The notes below the pieces were generated by a model. That model was not told the origin of the DNA, ran no database searches, and was given only the letters and a program-made list of their open reading frames with translations. A program made the translations under genes and the position numbers. Shown here piece after piece: positions 1-8,280 of a stretch of 63,011 nt of DNA (positions are counted from its first letter, which is position 1; the number at the start of each line of letters is the position of its first letter). This DNA comes from an uncultured Desulfobacterales bacterium (GTDB lineage: Bacteria; Desulfobacterota; Desulfobacteria; Desulfobacterales; JAUVVS01): positions 1-63,011 of the forward strand of contig CAZLRK010000002.1 of NCBI GenBank assembly GCA_964561845.1, in the 5' to 3' direction.

Positions 1-72
1 ACCGAATTTTGAAAGAATTATGATAATATTTAACCATACAAGAAAAGCGGGTTAAGCGCTATCACTTGGATT

Positions 73-351
73 TTATGCCATATCAAGGCTATCTACAATT
101 CCGACAACCACGGCGTCCACAGGAATCAGTCCTTCCCTATCAAATGCCTGCATGGCAGGCGCACCTTGAGTGACAATTACCATCTCTCCGATCCCTGCCC
201 CGATCTCATCGGCAGCCACAAAAATATCGCCTGCCGGAGCCTGATCCTTGCCCAGGGGCTGCACAAAGAGAAGTCTTAATGCGTGAATCTTGTCGTTTTT
301 CTTGGTCGACCAGACATCTCCCACAATTTTACCAAGTATCATAACTTCCAC
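73..351 (-). CDS. Bacterial microcompartment vertex protein, EutN/CcmL/PduN family (BMC-P)
   Basis: 92-aa ORF with family-typical sequence LGKIVGDVWST..LRLLFVQPL..VAADEIGAGIGEMVIV..PVDAVVVGIVD. Same strand as, and downstream of, two other shell genes. Confidence 0.88.
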   Translation of the reverse strand: MEVMILGKIVGDVWSTKKNDKIHALRLLFVQPLGKDQAPAGDIFVAADEIGAGIGEMVIVTQGAPAMQAFDREGLIPVDAVVVGIVDSLDMA

Positions 352-468
352 CTCTAATACCTGAACAGATAAACCCTATTATCCCGCTTTTCTCACAAGT
401 TTGATTTTTTCATTTGCTTAATCATAGGAGAAATTCTTCATGAGAAATGCGGGTTAGATGATCATAGA

Positions 469-771
469 TCACAACCCTTCCTCGGCGTTAATAGCATCTA
501 AGCTGGTTTTAACGGCCGCAACTTCGCCAAAGATACCTATCATAGTCAAATGTTGTGGGCACAGACCCTTGAGGTCAAAGACATGGACATTAGCTGCTTT
601 TTCTGCAATATCAGACGCATAAATCATATCCACCAATCTACCCTGAACAAGTCCTACGGCACTGAAATCTATGACTTCTAATGTCTTTTTGCCGGAAGGA
701 CCCATCCGATTCATTAGAATATTGATGACTCCTTTGCTAGGATGCGTTATTAACTGGATATTCAGTGCCAT
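469..771 (-). CDS. BMC shell protein, PduU/EutS-like (permuted BMC domain)
   Basis: 100-aa ORF. ASDIAEKAANVHVFDL..MIGIFGEVAAVKTSLDAI resembles the PduU/EutS class. It lies between BMC-H and BMC-P genes. Confidence 0.7.
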   Translation of the reverse strand: MALNIQLITHPSKGVINILMNRMGPSGKKTLEVIDFSAVGLVQGRLVDMIYASDIAEKAANVHVFDLKGLCPQHLTMIGIFGEVAAVKTSLDAINAEEGL

Positions 772-800
772 ATATAACCTTTTATAGATTCCAATGGTCG

Positions 801-1001
801 ATAATCAATAATCAGGTAATCGGTTATCAGTAATCGGTAATCGGTATTTGGCCTGTAAGTAAACTTTCCAGCCTGCCGAGTGTTGAGTTCAATGATTAAT
901 CCCACCCTCGGCGGGAATGATAGCTTTTGTTTTCAATATAGCAACCAATAACCGACTACCGGCGACCGATCACCGGTCACCGATCACCGATCACCGATAA
1001 T
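801..1001. repeat. Hairpin element with inverted heptamer arrays: left arm of (GGTAATC)-type units, right arm of (GATCACC)-type units, about 100-nt core
   Basis: Read directly. Left arm 801-846 is ataatcaataatcaggtaatcggttatcagtaatcggtaatcggta. Right arm 951-1001 is accgactaccggcgaccgatcaccggtcaccgatcaccgatcaccgataat. The core is homologous, in reverse orientation, to the core of 13121-13299. Confidence 0.9.
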
Positions 1002-1028
1002 ACTAGTGTTACACAAGAAAAGATGAAA

Positions 1029-1310
1029 CTACTCCTCGGCCTTCGGAATAGTAAACTCGATTTCGCTGTGTGGTCTTGGGATCACGTGGACCGAAACGAG
1101 TTCTCCAACTCGCTCGGCTGCTGCACCACCTGCATCCGTAGCGGCTTTTACTGCACCAACATCGCCGCGCACAAACACAGTAACCAAGCCTCCGCCCACA
1201 AACTCTCTACCCGTAAATTTGACTTTGGCTGCCTTTACCATAGCATCACTCGCCTCAATGGCGCCTACCAAGCCTCTTGTTTCAACCATACCCAACGCTT
1301 GTTCAGCCAT
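1029..1310 (-). CDS. BMC hexamer shell protein (BMC-H, PduA/EutM/CcmK-like)
   Basis: 93-aa [52 protein letters not shown] is a canonical BMC domain. Confidence 0.93.
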   Translation of the reverse strand: MAEQALGMVETRGLVGAIEASDAMVKAAKVKFTGREFVGGGLVTVFVRGDVGAVKAATDAGGAAAERVGELVSVHVIPRPHSEIEFTIPKAEE

Positions 1311-1357
1311 TCTTCTTTCCTCCTGATTTTAAATTGAGATTTAATTTAAAAAAACCA

Positions 1358-1903
1358 CTACCGCTTCAATCTAAACGCTCTCGCTGTCATTGATTGTTCT
1401 ATAGGTACTTCAATTGTGACAAGAACGGTTTGATCCATTTTTGTCGTCTTTCTAGCCGAAGTAACAGTTGCTTCACCCAACTCTTGCCCCGATCGATCCA
1501 AAGCTATTACATTTTCTCCCTTTTCAGGTAAAGGCAAAAACTCGTACGGCAGTGTTACTGAGGCTTTTGCGTCCGAAATGCTTTCATCTACCACAAAAAT
1601 GGCTTGCCCTGGACAAACATGAATGCAGGTCAGACATCCGATACACTTTTCTTCATCCAGGTAAGGCAAATTGGTGATATCATCTCCCACTGAAATTGCC
1701 TTAGCCTTACAACTTGTTTCACAGGGGTTACAGGGAATATCTTGAATACATTCAATAGTAGCCACTGCGCTCTTACGGCGTCTTGCCTCGGAAGGGATGC
1801 CTGGACTCTTTTTGAGCTCTTCCTCTGAAATATAACCTGTTGTAGATAATCCTTGGGGCATAAGCTTATTCTCATACCCTAATTGAGCGAAAATAATGCT
1901 CAA
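1358..1903 (-). CDS. 4Fe-4S ferredoxin-domain protein, probable electron-transfer subunit of the adjacent flavoprotein
   Basis: CIGCLTCIHVCPGQAIF cluster motif plus an upstream Cys-rich stretch CNPCETSC. The first 14 codons lie inside a repeated hairpin element, so the real start is more likely Met at 1861. Confidence 0.7.
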   Translation of the reverse strand: MSIIFAQLGYENKLMPQGLSTTGYISEEELKKSPGIPSEARRRKSAVATIECIQDIPCNPCETSCKAKAISVGDDITNLPYLDEEKCIGCLTCIHVCPGQAIFVVDESISDAKASVTLPYEFLPLPEKGENVIALDRSGQELGEATVTSARKTTKMDQTVLVTIEVPIEQSMTARAFRLKR

Positions 1904-1994
1904 TTAGGAGTTAATTGTTAATAGGTATTCGTTATTACAATTTGATGATCGTCCCATTAAACGATTAACAAATAACAAATAACGAATAACTCCC
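1878..1994. repeat. Hairpin cctaattgagc-N9-gctcaattagg (1878-1908) plus AATAACG-type inverted arrays; short relative of 14548-14752
   Basis: Perfect 11-bp stem read directly. Adjacent arms are ggagttaattgttaataggtattcgttatt and aacaaataacaaataacgaataactcc. Confidence 0.85.
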
Positions 1995-2002
1995 AATTGG
2001 GG

Positions 2003-3085
2003 TCATATCGCCATGTTTAGTTGTTCTTTTGCAACTCTCCTGGCATCTCCGTGAGTTCCGCTTCGCAATCCTTTCATACTCTGGAGCTGGCTGTCCCGCT
2101 GTTCAAAAAAAGGCTGCTCTTCCAGATAACCAAGGCTGTTAGCGATGGCTAAACCGGCGATTCGGCCTTCGATAATGGCTGTACTTGCCTCTTCAATACC
2201 GGAAGCATCTCCTGCCACATAAATGCCTTCAATCGATGTCTGTTGATTTATATCATGTGCAGGTACATTACCACCCAGATGGGGAACGAAAACCATTTTA
2301 CATCCCGGCATCTGCAGAAGCTGGGTCATGGGATTAAGGCCCACCGCTATGCAGATGGTATCCACATCAAATTTCTTTTCAGTTCCCGGAATCGATTTCC
2401 ATGAATCATCAACTTGAATTATTGTGGCTTTTTCCACCCTATTATCGCCGTTTGCCTCCTTTATTGTATGTGACATCAAGAAGGGCACTCCATAACGAGC
2501 TACCTTGGCAGCATGAACTCCGTAACCACCGATTTTTGGAGCTGCGTCTATAACAGCCGCAACCCTGCAACCGGCCTGAAGCATTTGGTAACTGACCACG
2601 AGGCCTACATTACCTGAACCGACCATAAGTAAATTGTTGCCCGGCCTTGTGCCATGGATGTTTGCTATAGTCTGAGCCGCCCCGGCGCCAATGACCCCCG
2701 GTAAGGTCCATCCAGGAAAGGGGATCATGCTTTCCGAGGCACCTGTGGCCACAAGGGTCTTTTCCGCCTTCACATGCTCAATACGATCATTTACCATTAC
2801 ATTTATAGTTCCATTTTCATAGATACCTAGCACTACCGATTTCAGAGAGACTTCAACGCCTATCTCACGTGCTTCATCCAGAAGGCTGTAACCGATATTA
2901 AATCCGCGTTCACGAGCACGATGTTCTTTTGAGCCGAAAAATTTATGTATCTGTTTGAAAAGCTGGCCTCCGGGTCGATCATTTTCATCAAAGACCACAA
3001 CCTGGACACCGTTTTTGGCAGCCTCAATAGCTGCAGCCAGTCCGGCCGGTCCTGCCCCAATACATATCATCTCACATCTTCTCAA
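2003..3085 (-). CDS. FAD/NAD(P)-binding pyridine nucleotide-disulfide oxidoreductase (SoxA N-terminal / HcnB / OoxA-like)
   Basis: ICIGAGPAGLAAAIEAAKNG dinucleotide fold near the N-terminus, a second GSGNVG fold and a C-terminal GDASG motif. The track start is TTG at 3085; ATG at 3070 is an alternative. Confidence 0.8.
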   Translation of the reverse strand: MRRCEMICIGAGPAGLAAAIEAAKNGVQVVVFDENDRPGGQLFKQIHKFFGSKEHRARERGFNIGYSLLDEAREIGVEVSLKSVVLGIYENGTINVMVNDRIEHVKAEKTLVATGASESMIPFPGWTLPGVIGAGAAQTIANIHGTRPGNNLLMVGSGNVGLVVSYQMLQAGCRVAAVIDAAPKIGGYGVHAAKVARYGVPFLMSHTIKEANGDNRVEKATIIQVDDSWKSIPGTEKKFDVDTICIAVGLNPMTQLLQMPGCKMVFVPHLGGNVPAHDINQQTSIEGIYVAGDASGIEEASTAIIEGRIAGLAIANSLGYLEEQPFFEQRDSQLQSMKGLRSGTHGDARRVAKEQLNMAI

Positions 3086-3100
3086 ATCTCACTCCGATGG

Positions 3101-3406
3101 CTATCTTGGTTCATTGCCTTTCTGAGTCTGAATGACCATTCCTTCTTTAAGAGGTTCCACACAGGTTCGCACGTTGAGCATTCCATCAACAATCATGATG
3201 CAGTCCGTGCACCGTCCTATGGCGCAGAACATTCCTCTGGGTTCGTTTCTTTTTGTCGTATATCGGTGAATCAGCACCCCATTACTTCTCAGGGCCACTG
3301 CAATGGGTTCACCTTCAAAGCCTTCCATTGTTTGACCGTCAAAGGTGAAATGGACTTTCCTGCCTTTCTCAAATTTTCCCAAAATAGGATGCTCATCAAT
3401 CCGCAT
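3101..3406 (-). CDS. Small (2Fe-2S)-binding protein (sarcosine oxidase alpha N-terminal / HcnA-like)
   Basis: 101-aa ORF. FTFDGQTMEGFEGEPIAVAL..MFCAIGRCTDCIMIVDG..VRTCVEP is typical of this small Fe-S subunit family. Confidence 0.72.
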   Translation of the reverse strand: MRIDEHPILGKFEKGRKVHFTFDGQTMEGFEGEPIAVALRSNGVLIHRYTTKRNEPRGMFCAIGRCTDCIMIVDGMLNVRTCVEPLKEGMVIQTQKGNEPR

Positions 3407-3420
3407 GATTAATTATCCCA

Positions 3421-4713
3421 TTAAAAAAAGCCAAACATTTCTGTAAAGGCAAAATTAGTACCGACAAGAGGAGTACCGGTCATAGCACATACTTCCAGGT
3501 TCAACGACCGCAAGTCTTCCCTCTCCATATTTGCTAAAGCAGTCTTACCCGCAGCTTTTGCAAGAAGAACAGCTTCATAAGTCATACCCTGGATATAGTT
3601 TGCTACTCTTTGAGCGGCAGCATCAATATTCAACTTTTTTCTGCGCTCAGGGTCCTGTGTTCCGATGCCAAAGGCACACTTTCCTTCATGGCATCGCAAA
3701 CAAACTACACATCCCATGGCAATCATTGCCCCGGTTCCAATAGCAACGGCATCGGCTCCCAGAGCTAAAGCCTTGGCAACGTCTGAACCGTCCTTAATTC
3801 CGCCCGAGACGATAAGGCTGACTTCATCCTTTACACCCAGCTCTTCCAGGGCTCGAACTCCCTGGACTAAAGCGGGAAGAGTTGGAATGCCAAGGTGTGT
3901 TGATGCGACTACGGGCGCGGCGCCGGTTCCACCTTCGGTGCCGTCAATAACAATTCCGTCAACACCGGTCTTAACGGCAATTTTGACGTCCTCTCTCACA
4001 CGTCCTGCAGCAATTTTACAGAATATGGGGATTTCGTAGTCGGTAACGTCCCTAAGTTCTTGTACCTTCAGGACCATGTCGTCAGCGCCAAATATATCAC
4101 CATGTCGTGGGTGGCTGTGAAGATCAATACCCTCGGGAAGTTGTCTAAAATCTGCAATCTCCTTGGTAATCTTGCTTCCCATCAGATGGCCGGCCAGACC
4201 AGGTTTGGCTCCAATACCGGTGATAACTTCAAGTGCATCCGCAGCTTCTATATTGCTTAGTGAGAAACCCATGCGGCTGGGAGTTATCTGGATAACCTGT
4301 TTATACGAATTGTCACGTTCTTCAGGCAATAACCCACCTTCACCATTATTAATTGAAGTTCCCACAATCTGGGTAGACTTGGCAAGCGCTGTCTTGGCCT
4401 CTTTGCTCAGGGCTCCATAAGACATACCGGAGATCATGATGGGAGTCTCAATGATCAGCGGTTTTTTGGCATATCGTGCTCCGAGGACAGTCTGGGTTTT
4501 ACAATCTTCCCGATAGGTATCTATAGAAAGACGTGAAAGCTGAGAAGGCAAGATTAAAAGATCATCAAAAGTAGGATACTTTTTCGTTGACCCACATCCT
4601 CGGATACGGTGTTTGCCCATTTCAGCCTTATATTTTACTTCAGCGATGGTTTCGGAGTTCCACACACCCCTCTGAACATCTTTGGCCTTGGGCTTTTTTG
4701 TTTTTTCTGTCAT
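3421..4713 (-). CDS. FMN-binding glutamate synthase domain-2 protein (GltB central domain; MgsC-like)
   Basis: 430-aa ORF. PIMISGMSYGALS, GEGG and IDGTEGGTGAAP motifs of the glutamate synthase FMN domain. 4-nt overlap with the upstream gene. Confidence 0.85.
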   Translation of the reverse strand: MTEKTKKPKAKDVQRGVWNSETIAEVKYKAEMGKHRIRGCGSTKKYPTFDDLLILPSQLSRLSIDTYREDCKTQTVLGARYAKKPLIIETPIMISGMSYGALSKEAKTALAKSTQIVGTSINNGEGGLLPEERDNSYKQVIQITPSRMGFSLSNIEAADALEVITGIGAKPGLAGHLMGSKITKEIADFRQLPEGIDLHSHPRHGDIFGADDMVLKVQELRDVTDYEIPIFCKIAAGRVREDVKIAVKTGVDGIVIDGTEGGTGAAPVVASTHLGIPTLPALVQGVRALEELGVKDEVSLIVSGGIKDGSDVAKALALGADAVAIGTGAMIAMGCVVCLRCHEGKCAFGIGTQDPERRKKLNIDAAAQRVANYIQGMTYEAVLLAKAAGKTALANMEREDLRSLNLEVCAMTGTPLVGTNFAFTEMFGFF

Positions 4714-5414
4714 GATTTTGTCCCCGTCTGTTTATGAGTTGGTTTGAACAGAAAGTATTCATGCCGCCCATAGACCTTCGGCACAATACTTCTAAAATCA
4801 TCTGTCCCCTGTTCGATGCCATATTTCTTAAATAGGGTTTCAACCTCCTTTTTTTCTTTGTCCTCGATAGGGATAACGTGCACATTCCCTCCGAGCTTAT
4901 CTTCCACTTCATTATCTAAGACATGAATAATTCCTTTATACATGGATTCACCGATTCCATTGCCGACCTTGCCTATAATGATGATTCGCCCCCCAAGGGT
5001 CATCTTGCCGCTCCATATTCCCACGTCTCCGCATACGATCAGATTGCCGCCCTTCATGCCCCAGCCTGCACGGCTTCCGCTGTGTCCTTTAACCACGATT
5101 GTGCCTCCGGCCATGGAAGGTGCACAATTGCTGCCGGTATTCATCTCTATGATGATTTCACCCGCATCCATATTATCGCCTGTATACCATCCGGTATTGC
5201 CCTTAACCAGGATGGTCGGTCCTTGAAGGAAACCTCCCGTGTAAAAACCGGTGCTGCCTTCCACATGGATTGTTCCCGTGCCTTTTAGGGCTGTGGCGAA
5301 ATTGTGTGCAGAGTGTGGGTTTTTTACTACGATTTCATCATCTTGTTGGATCAGCTCTTTTAGCTTTTTGTTCACATCCCTTGTGCCCATTCCTTTTATA
5401 TCTAAACTGACCAT
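4710..5414 (-). CDS. GXGXG-motif protein (glutamate synthase alpha C-terminal domain; MgsB-like)
   Basis: 234-aa ORF with repeated beta-helix G-x-G motifs (VKGNTGWYTGDNMDAGEIIIEMNTG..VVKGHSGSRAGWGMKGGNLIVCGDVG). Confidence 0.85.
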   Translation of the reverse strand: MVSLDIKGMGTRDVNKKLKELIQQDDEIVVKNPHSAHNFATALKGTGTIHVEGSTGFYTGGFLQGPTILVKGNTGWYTGDNMDAGEIIIEMNTGSNCAPSMAGGTIVVKGHSGSRAGWGMKGGNLIVCGDVGIWSGKMTLGGRIIIIGKVGNGIGESMYKGIIHVLDNEVEDKLGGNVHVIPIEDKEKKEVETLFKKYGIEQGTDDFRSIVPKVYGRHEYFLFKPTHKQTGTKS

Positions 5415-6301
5415 ACCTTTACACCTCCTGGTTCCATCTCCGTGGCATAGACATCGGAGACAATAGGGGTTAAAGAGATCTGCTCCGACCCGAAAAGTAC
5501 AGTGCCGTCATCACCTTCATAAATAACTAGTGGTTTAAAAGCCAACCTATCTCGAAAAGCTCCAATTTGATCACGGGTAGCTACAATGATTGTAAAAATT
5601 CCATCAAATGCGTCGAGTGCCGTATGAAGGGCCCCCTCCAGGTCCTGTCCTTTTTCTTTCATTTCATATGCTATAAAATGTGCAGCCATCTCAGTATCGT
5701 TTGCGGTTTTAAAGCGCACGCCCTTGTTTTCAAGGCTTCTTCTCATGTTAAAGTAGTTGGTAAATTGGCCGTTGTGAACAAGGGAGAGCTCTGGATAAAG
5801 ATAGGACACAAAGGGGTGCGCAAAATTAATATTTTCTACGCTTTCCGTAGCCAGCCGGACGTGTCCTATGCCGTGGCTGCATGTTCCTACCCTGATCTCA
5901 TGGCACTTTATGATATCTTCCGCCGAACCTTGATCTTTATAAACCTTGATCTTTTGGCCGATGGAGTGAACACAGAGCTCGGAATTGGAATCTATGTCCC
6001 AGTGCAGTTTGGTAACCTGGTTTGGGTCCATGTCTATGGTCCCCTCAAAGAAGGTAAAGACGCCTACACCGGCATAGCTTATGGAATTTTTAATTTTACC
6101 GTAAGCCTGGATTAAGTTATGAAGATCTTTTTCGTACGCCGGGTCCGTGATAGAGACGCGAACCTGAATTTCTTCCCGTTGTTCATAGATAGCCATCCCG
6201 GTGGCGTCGCGACCTCGATGGACCAGCTCTTTGAGCATATTTGTCAGGTCGGTTCCAAGAGTATCACTATTTTTGGCAATAAGCCCTGCTATTCCGCACA
6301 T
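5402..6301 (-). CDS. Class II glutamine amidotransferase-like protein (GltB N-terminal domain; MgsA-like)
   Basis: 299-aa ORF starting MCGIAG (Ntn Cys after Met). 13-nt overlap with the downstream gene. Confidence 0.85.
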   Translation of the reverse strand: MCGIAGLIAKNSDTLGTDLTNMLKELVHRGRDATGMAIYEQREEIQVRVSITDPAYEKDLHNLIQAYGKIKNSISYAGVGVFTFFEGTIDMDPNQVTKLHWDIDSNSELCVHSIGQKIKVYKDQGSAEDIIKCHEIRVGTCSHGIGHVRLATESVENINFAHPFVSYLYPELSLVHNGQFTNYFNMRRSLENKGVRFKTANDTEMAAHFIAYEMKEKGQDLEGALHTALDAFDGIFTIIVATRDQIGAFRDRLAFKPLVIYEGDDGTVLFGSEQISLTPIVSDVYATEMEPGGVKVWSV

Positions 6302-6402
6302 GATATTCCTCTAATTTTTAAAAATGATTATAATGAATAGCCAACCGTAGATCTCCGCCGTATATCTACGACAGATGAATAATAGGTTGGCTGGCCTTAT
6401 GC

Positions 6403-7740
6403 CTATAATAGAGCAGAGTACTCTCTAAACTCCCAATCAGTAACATGTGTGCGAAAACGCGCAAGTTCGTCTTCCTTGAGGGCCACAAAAGCCTGAATTA
6501 ATTCCTGACCCATTGCGTCACACAGCACCTTGTCATTTTTTAGTTCTTCCAAAGCATCTCTTAGATAAAATGGAATAGTTTCATATGTGCCCGGTTCCAC
6601 GCCGTAAATGTCTCCCACAGCGTGCTCACCCGGATCAATTTTGTTTTCTATGCCGTCCAGTCCTGCGGCAAAAGCAGCGGCAAAAGCCAGATAAGGATTT
6701 GCAGATGCACAAGGGGCACGGTTTTCGACCCGGGTGGCTTTCCCTCTTTCATCGGGAACACGGCAATATACTGTTCGGTTATCAAGACCCCAGGCCAGAT
6801 AATAAGGTGCAAATGAGTCGGGAACATAGCGCTTGTAAGAATTAATGGTCGGAGCAAGCAGAGCCGACATTCCCTTAGCATGGGCCATCTGGCCTCCTAT
6901 GAAGTACCGCATCAGCTCAGATATTCCGAATTTCCCGTTGGGATCATTGAAAAGGTTTTTACGAGTCTTAGGATCGCTCAATGAAAAATGAATATGGTAG
7001 CCGCTTCCGCCGCCTTCTGTTGTGGGACGGCCCATGAAAGTCAGGTGAAGATTATTCTGGGCGGCAACCTCTTTGCATACATACTTGAAAGTAAAAGATT
7101 GGTCGGCCGTAGTCAAAGCATGGTCGTATTTCCAGTTGATCTCAAACTGACTGGGGAAAAACTCATGGTTGAGATATATAATATCGAGGCCCAGTTGTAA
7201 AAAGGTGTTTTGAAGAGTCCTGAGTAATCCCAGCCGGTCTATTGCAGGATTAAGCTGGTAAACATTACTCAGGTTGGGATTATATAACTCGCCGGGACCG
7301 CTTTCAGAAGGGTTGAAAAGAAAGAACTCAAGTTCTGAGGCTGCAACAGGCCGATAGCCCTTTTCTTCATATTTTTTTAAAATCCTTTGAAGGGCATAAC
7401 GCGGATCAACTCCTATTGGTTTACCCTCTCGAAAAGCGTTGCCGATTAAACGTGCCGTCCTTTCAAGATGCGGCAAAACGGCAAATGTATTTAGATCAGG
7501 CATTATGGTCATGTCCTTCCATTCGATCTCATAACCGCATCCTGTTCCCGGAGCAACGTCGTTGGCCAGGTGTATGCCATAAATTGCCTGGGCAAAGTTG
7601 ATGCCTTCTTCCACCACCTCTTCAAGGCGTTTGGCAGGCAGTATCTTATTCCGGCAAATTCCATAAAGGTCAGGATACTCAATGCGCAAGGTGTCTATGT
7701 TGTCTGCTTTTATCCTTTCCTGAATTTCTTTAATGTCCAT
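6403..7740 (-). CDS. Glutamine synthetase family ligase (GmaS / PuuA-like gamma-glutamyl-amide synthetase candidate)
   Basis: GS fold motifs (ELEFFLF, GSGYHIHFSL, NRTVYCRVP, ENRAPCASANPYLAFAA). Start moved to the Met at 7740, which follows a GGAGG Shine-Dalgarno. The track ORF extends to 7782. Confidence 0.85.
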   Translation of the reverse strand: MDIKEIQERIKADNIDTLRIEYPDLYGICRNKILPAKRLEEVVEEGINFAQAIYGIHLANDVAPGTGCGYEIEWKDMTIMPDLNTFAVLPHLERTARLIGNAFREGKPIGVDPRYALQRILKKYEEKGYRPVAASELEFFLFNPSESGPGELYNPNLSNVYQLNPAIDRLGLLRTLQNTFLQLGLDIIYLNHEFFPSQFEINWKYDHALTTADQSFTFKYVCKEVAAQNNLHLTFMGRPTTEGGGSGYHIHFSLSDPKTRKNLFNDPNGKFGISELMRYFIGGQMAHAKGMSALLAPTINSYKRYVPDSFAPYYLAWGLDNRTVYCRVPDERGKATRVENRAPCASANPYLAFAAAFAAGLDGIENKIDPGEHAVGDIYGVEPGTYETIPFYLRDALEELKNDKVLCDAMGQELIQAFVALKEDELARFRTHVTDWEFREYSALL

Positions 7741-8063
7741 TGTTATTCCTCCTCTTAAAAAAAGTATCTGGATGAAAACCAAAAAACATTTTTAAGTATA
7801 CTTTGTATATTTTATTTCATTAATATTGTCAAGTAAATAATTATTAAAACTGCAAAATTTAGAATAATATCTGTATATATTTATTTAAATAAATATATCA
7901 AATAGTTATTGAGTTGTAAAATGTAATAATTAATTTTTTTTAATTTTAAATTGTAATATTTCTTACATAATTATTGATGCTTTCATAAAAAGTGCAATTT
8001 ACTCGCTCTGTGACCATTTCCGGGGGATCCCTGCTGTATTTTTCAGACATACCTTTATCTCTT

Positions 8064-8091
8064 GATGAATTCGTAAAAAGTCGAATTCATC
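8064..8091. repeat. Perfect 10-bp hairpin gatgaattcg-taaaaagt-cgaattcatc
   Basis: Read directly. It shares the cgtaaaaag motif with the 18401-18560 region. Confidence 0.8.
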
Positions 8092-8093
8092 AC

Positions 8094-8178
8094 GTTTTAG
8101 GTTTTAAGTGTTAGGCTTGAAGTTATGGTATTACAATTATTTACATATACTTAAAACTTAAAACCCTAAACTTAAAAC
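8094..8178. repeat. Hairpin element with inverted octamer arrays (GTTTTAAG/GTTTTAGG type)
   Basis: Left arm gttttaggttttaagtgttagg. Right arm cttaaaacttaaaaccctaaacttaaaac. Confidence 0.85.
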
Positions 8179-8220
8179 AGAAAATTTTTTACTTTTAACG
8201 AAACCGTCAAGTATAACTAT

Positions 8221-8280
8221 CCGATTACTTAATTACCGATCACCGATTACCTATCACCTATCACCGATCACCAATCACCT
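8221..8280. repeat. Single-arm heptamer array (GATCACC/TATCACC/GATTACC units) abutting the livF-like stop codon
   Basis: ccgattacttaattaccgatcaccgattacctatcacctatcaccgatcaccaatcacct, read directly. Confidence 0.85.
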
